The position numbers were made by a program, and so were the translations under genes. Below, in pieces: positions 61,090 to 64,000 of a stretch of DNA of 64,000 nucleotides. The stretch covers positions 705,109 through 769,108 of the forward strand of contig WELB01000005.1 of the NCBI GenBank assembly GCA_009602725.1, given 5' to 3'. Under the pieces are notes generated by a model. That model did no database searches. It was not told where the DNA came from and worked only from the letters and a program-made list of their open reading frames with translations. The stretch's first letter is position 1. Each line of letters starts with the position of its first letter. Source of the DNA: Spirogloea muscicola. Its lineage: Eukaryota.

Positions 61090-64000
61090 TCACCAATTCC
61101 AACCACTCCTGATGATGTCCCCAAGTCGGCTTTTCGTACACCACTCAGGCATTTTCAATTCAAGGTGCTTAGTTTGGTTTGACCAATGCACCTGTACCGT
61201 CCCCGCCGTTACTTGACGCTTAACCGCGGGTTAACGGCAAACGTAGTTTGTAGTATCATTGGCGCGGCCCACTATCGACGTACTCCCGCGCACCCACTGA
61301 CGCGCAAGTCAGTGACACGCACGCGACTGCCGCAGGGCTCTTGGCTCTGAGCTATCAGATTCCCAGCATGCAGGATTGACTCAGAAATGACCAGACTGCT
61401 CAGAGGCTATTGTGCGATGCGCGGATGACGCGCGGTGTGACGAGGGACGCGCGGCCGCGGCGCCGCCGCCATGCCGCCTCCGCGCCACAGTCGCGCTACT
61501 GCCGGGCCGCTGCCGCAGTGCCGCTTCCAGAAGCGGAGCTGCTCGGCGGCGCTGCCGTACTTGTAGTGACACGCATGTGACATTTGTGGCGCACTTGCAA
61601 TGCCGCGACGCGCCTGTGACGCGCAGGGCGGCACCGCGACGAGCAGGCCGGTGCCGCTTCCAGAAGGAAGTCGCGTGGCGTGGTTCTCACGAACCACCTG
61701 TCCGCGTTATCGTAAGCCCCCTTGTCGGACCCGCCTACTCGAAGGTGGGCTTTGAGGCGAGCCTCTCAGAGACCCCTAGGGAGGGTGGCACATGACGCAC
61801 TATAAGTCCGGCTGCGACCAGACTCGGGACACCCGTTCGGATCAGTAAGACCCACGAGAGAGAGAGGCGCAGCCCTGCTGCCGCCTGCTGCCGCAGCCCG
61901 CTGACGCAGCCTGCTGCTGCCTGCTGCTGCAGCTCGTCACCGCAGCCGGTCGTTGCGGATCTCCATCGGCATTCCTGTGAGTAGACTGTGACTGCTCCCC
62001 TGGCCCGTACCCGGGAGGTGAATCACCGCCTGTCAGCGGCGCCTCAGGGCATGTTATCACGCTGCGTAGTGTACGTGGTGCTTCACTGTGCTGGGAGTTC
62101 GTCTCCAAATTTCAGAGACCGAACTTAATAACGACGTAAAACCCTGTCTGTGCATACAGGGGTAGGGATCTTACAGTACCTGCTAGATTCTAAGCTGTGA
62201 TGAATGACGTCTTTGGTGCCCTCTTGTATGACTATGTGCTTGTGTACTTGGACTATATTTTGGTGTTCAGTAAAACGCCTGAAGATCACGTGGTCAACCT
62301 GTGCCGAGTGCTGCATTTACTCCGTGAAAATCAAATGAACGCCAAGTGATCCGTGTGTGTATTTAACAAGCCAGGTTTGGTATACTTGGGGCATGTCTAC
62401 GGCAAAGATGGGGTTCGCCTTGACCCGAAAAAGACTGATGTCGTAAAGGACTGGCCTGTGCCTTGAAATGTGCCGCAGTTGCGGTCCTTTTGGGGGTTCG
62501 CAAACTATTTCCGCAAACTCCTGCAGGAGTACGGGAGAAATGGCGCTGCCTCTTACGAAGCCCACTCGTAAAGATGCTCCCTGGGTGTGGACATCTGAAT
62601 GCCAAGAGGTATTTGAGGCTATTAAAAGGGGCTCTCACGTCTCCACCTATCTTGGCCTTACCTCGGGACGGCGTACCGAATGAGCTGATCTGTGATGCCT
62701 AGTTGACCGGCATTTGTGCGTTCTGTTGCAAGAGGGTCATCCCGTAGCGTTTGAAAGTCGCCTGCTTCGTCCGGCAGAGCGTCACTACTATACTATGGGA
62801 GAGCAAGAGCTCAAGCTCGGTGGGCAGAAAGCATGGCATCAGTCCGTTTCCAGTGGTTGTACCGCCCTGGAAGAAATATTGTCGCGGATCTGGTGAGCCG
62901 CCACATGGCAGGGCTGCCCAGGTGGCTTGTGTAGTTCAATACTTCACGCAGACGTGCGTCCTACTCGTGGCGTCCCTCCGTAAGCCACCTCCAACCTCTC
63001 TGAGCTCTACGTGCGTAAACGTGACGGACAATTGCTTCTGTTGGCAAGGAAACGCCCATTGTATTTCCAGACTGCAAGTCCTTGCGCAATAGCATCATGC
63101 AGAAGATGCATGCGACACCCTACAGTGGTCATCTGGGTGTTAGAAAAACCAAGAAGGTGGTAAGTCGTCTGTTCTGGTGACCGGTTTGCTCGGCCCAAGT
63201 ACACTCATTTGTACGGAGTTGTGCCACGTGCCAGCGTAGTAAGCCCAGCTCCATGAAGCTTGCTGGCTTACTCGAGCCTTTGGCGGTTCCTCATCAGGAT
63301 TGGGCAGATGTGAGCGTTGACTTCATCACGCACCCGCGCAAGACGCGTGAAGGCTTCGATGCGATCGTCGTCTTTGTGGATCGTCTGAGTAATATGGTGC
63401 ATATTGCTCCTACGACCACCTGTGTCTCTGCTAAGGTATTTGCTAATATTTCCGTGGACCGAGTATGGAAACTGCATGGGGTTCCCGAGCGGGTTGTCTC
63501 TGATCGTGATACCCGCTTTGCGAAGACATTCTGGATAGAAGTATGCAGGCTTGTCGGCACCAAGCAGTCCCTGTCCACTGCTTTCCACCCCCAAAGCGAC
63601 GGTCAAATTGAGAGGATGAAGCGGGTCTTGGAGGACATGCTCCGGCAATTTGTGAACCCTAGTCAGAGTGACTGGATGAGTACCTTGCCCCGGCAGAGTA
63701 TGTCGTGAGTAATGCCTGACATGAGTCCACCAGGATTACACCCTTCAGTCTCAATCAGGGTCACATCCTCGAGCACCCTTACAGGTGGGGAGGCCGGAGC
63801 GCGTTCCAGCCGCCACATCCTTTACTGTGAACCTCCTGAAAGCTCAGCGTAGGGTCGGCATCTCTCGGCTATTGCCCAGCAGCGGCAAAAGGCAGATACT
63901 GACCAACATCGAAGTGGTGTGTCTTTCGACGTGGGTGCTCAAGTGCTACTGACTACAAAGCACCTTCCCTTGCGGGCAGTGGGTAAACGCAAGCAATTGA
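61090..64000 (+). mobile_element. Decayed gypsy pol (RT, RNase H, integrase), running off the window
   Basis: TPDDVPKSAFRTP, VYLDYILVFS, LLQEGHPVAFESR, VSVDFIT..VFVDRLS..VSDRDTRF..STAFHPQSDGQIER (63253-63708). Confidence 0.9.
61193..62175 (+). mobile_element. Solo LTR inserted in RT
   Basis: TGTAC...TTACA; flanks GCACC/GTACC; splits the GLTNAP-ARF motif; TATA-like TATAAG at 61801. Confidence 0.88.

Overview
Eukaryotic genomic DNA with spliceosomal introns, most consistent with a streptophyte alga or early-diverging plant (inference from gene content). It is a draft assembly with N gaps and an artefactual 1.25 kb poly-A. Bases 1-36.3 kb are gene-dense: mitochondrial FAD glycerol-3-phosphate dehydrogenase (SDP6), a Tim17/22/23-family protein, a large tandem-AAA ATPase with bacterial-type motifs, a possible small pseudogene, a golgin-like tail-anchored coiled-coil protein, ZFPL1 and an FT/TFL1/MFT-like PEBP. 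Several intergenic spaces hold heavily 5'-truncated CRE-like (restriction-like endonuclease) non-LTR retrotransposon ends that share a 3' stem-loop. Bases 36.8-64 kb are a nest of decayed chromodomain Ty3/gypsy elements, seven solo LTRs (six with recognisable 5-bp TSDs) and one internally deleted Copia. The most unusual pattern: at four genes the CRE-like 3' end lies co-oriented about 45-250 bp upstream of the start codon, and these 3' ends are repeatedly reiterated or inverted in place. Exon boundaries and coordinates were read by eye and are approximate.
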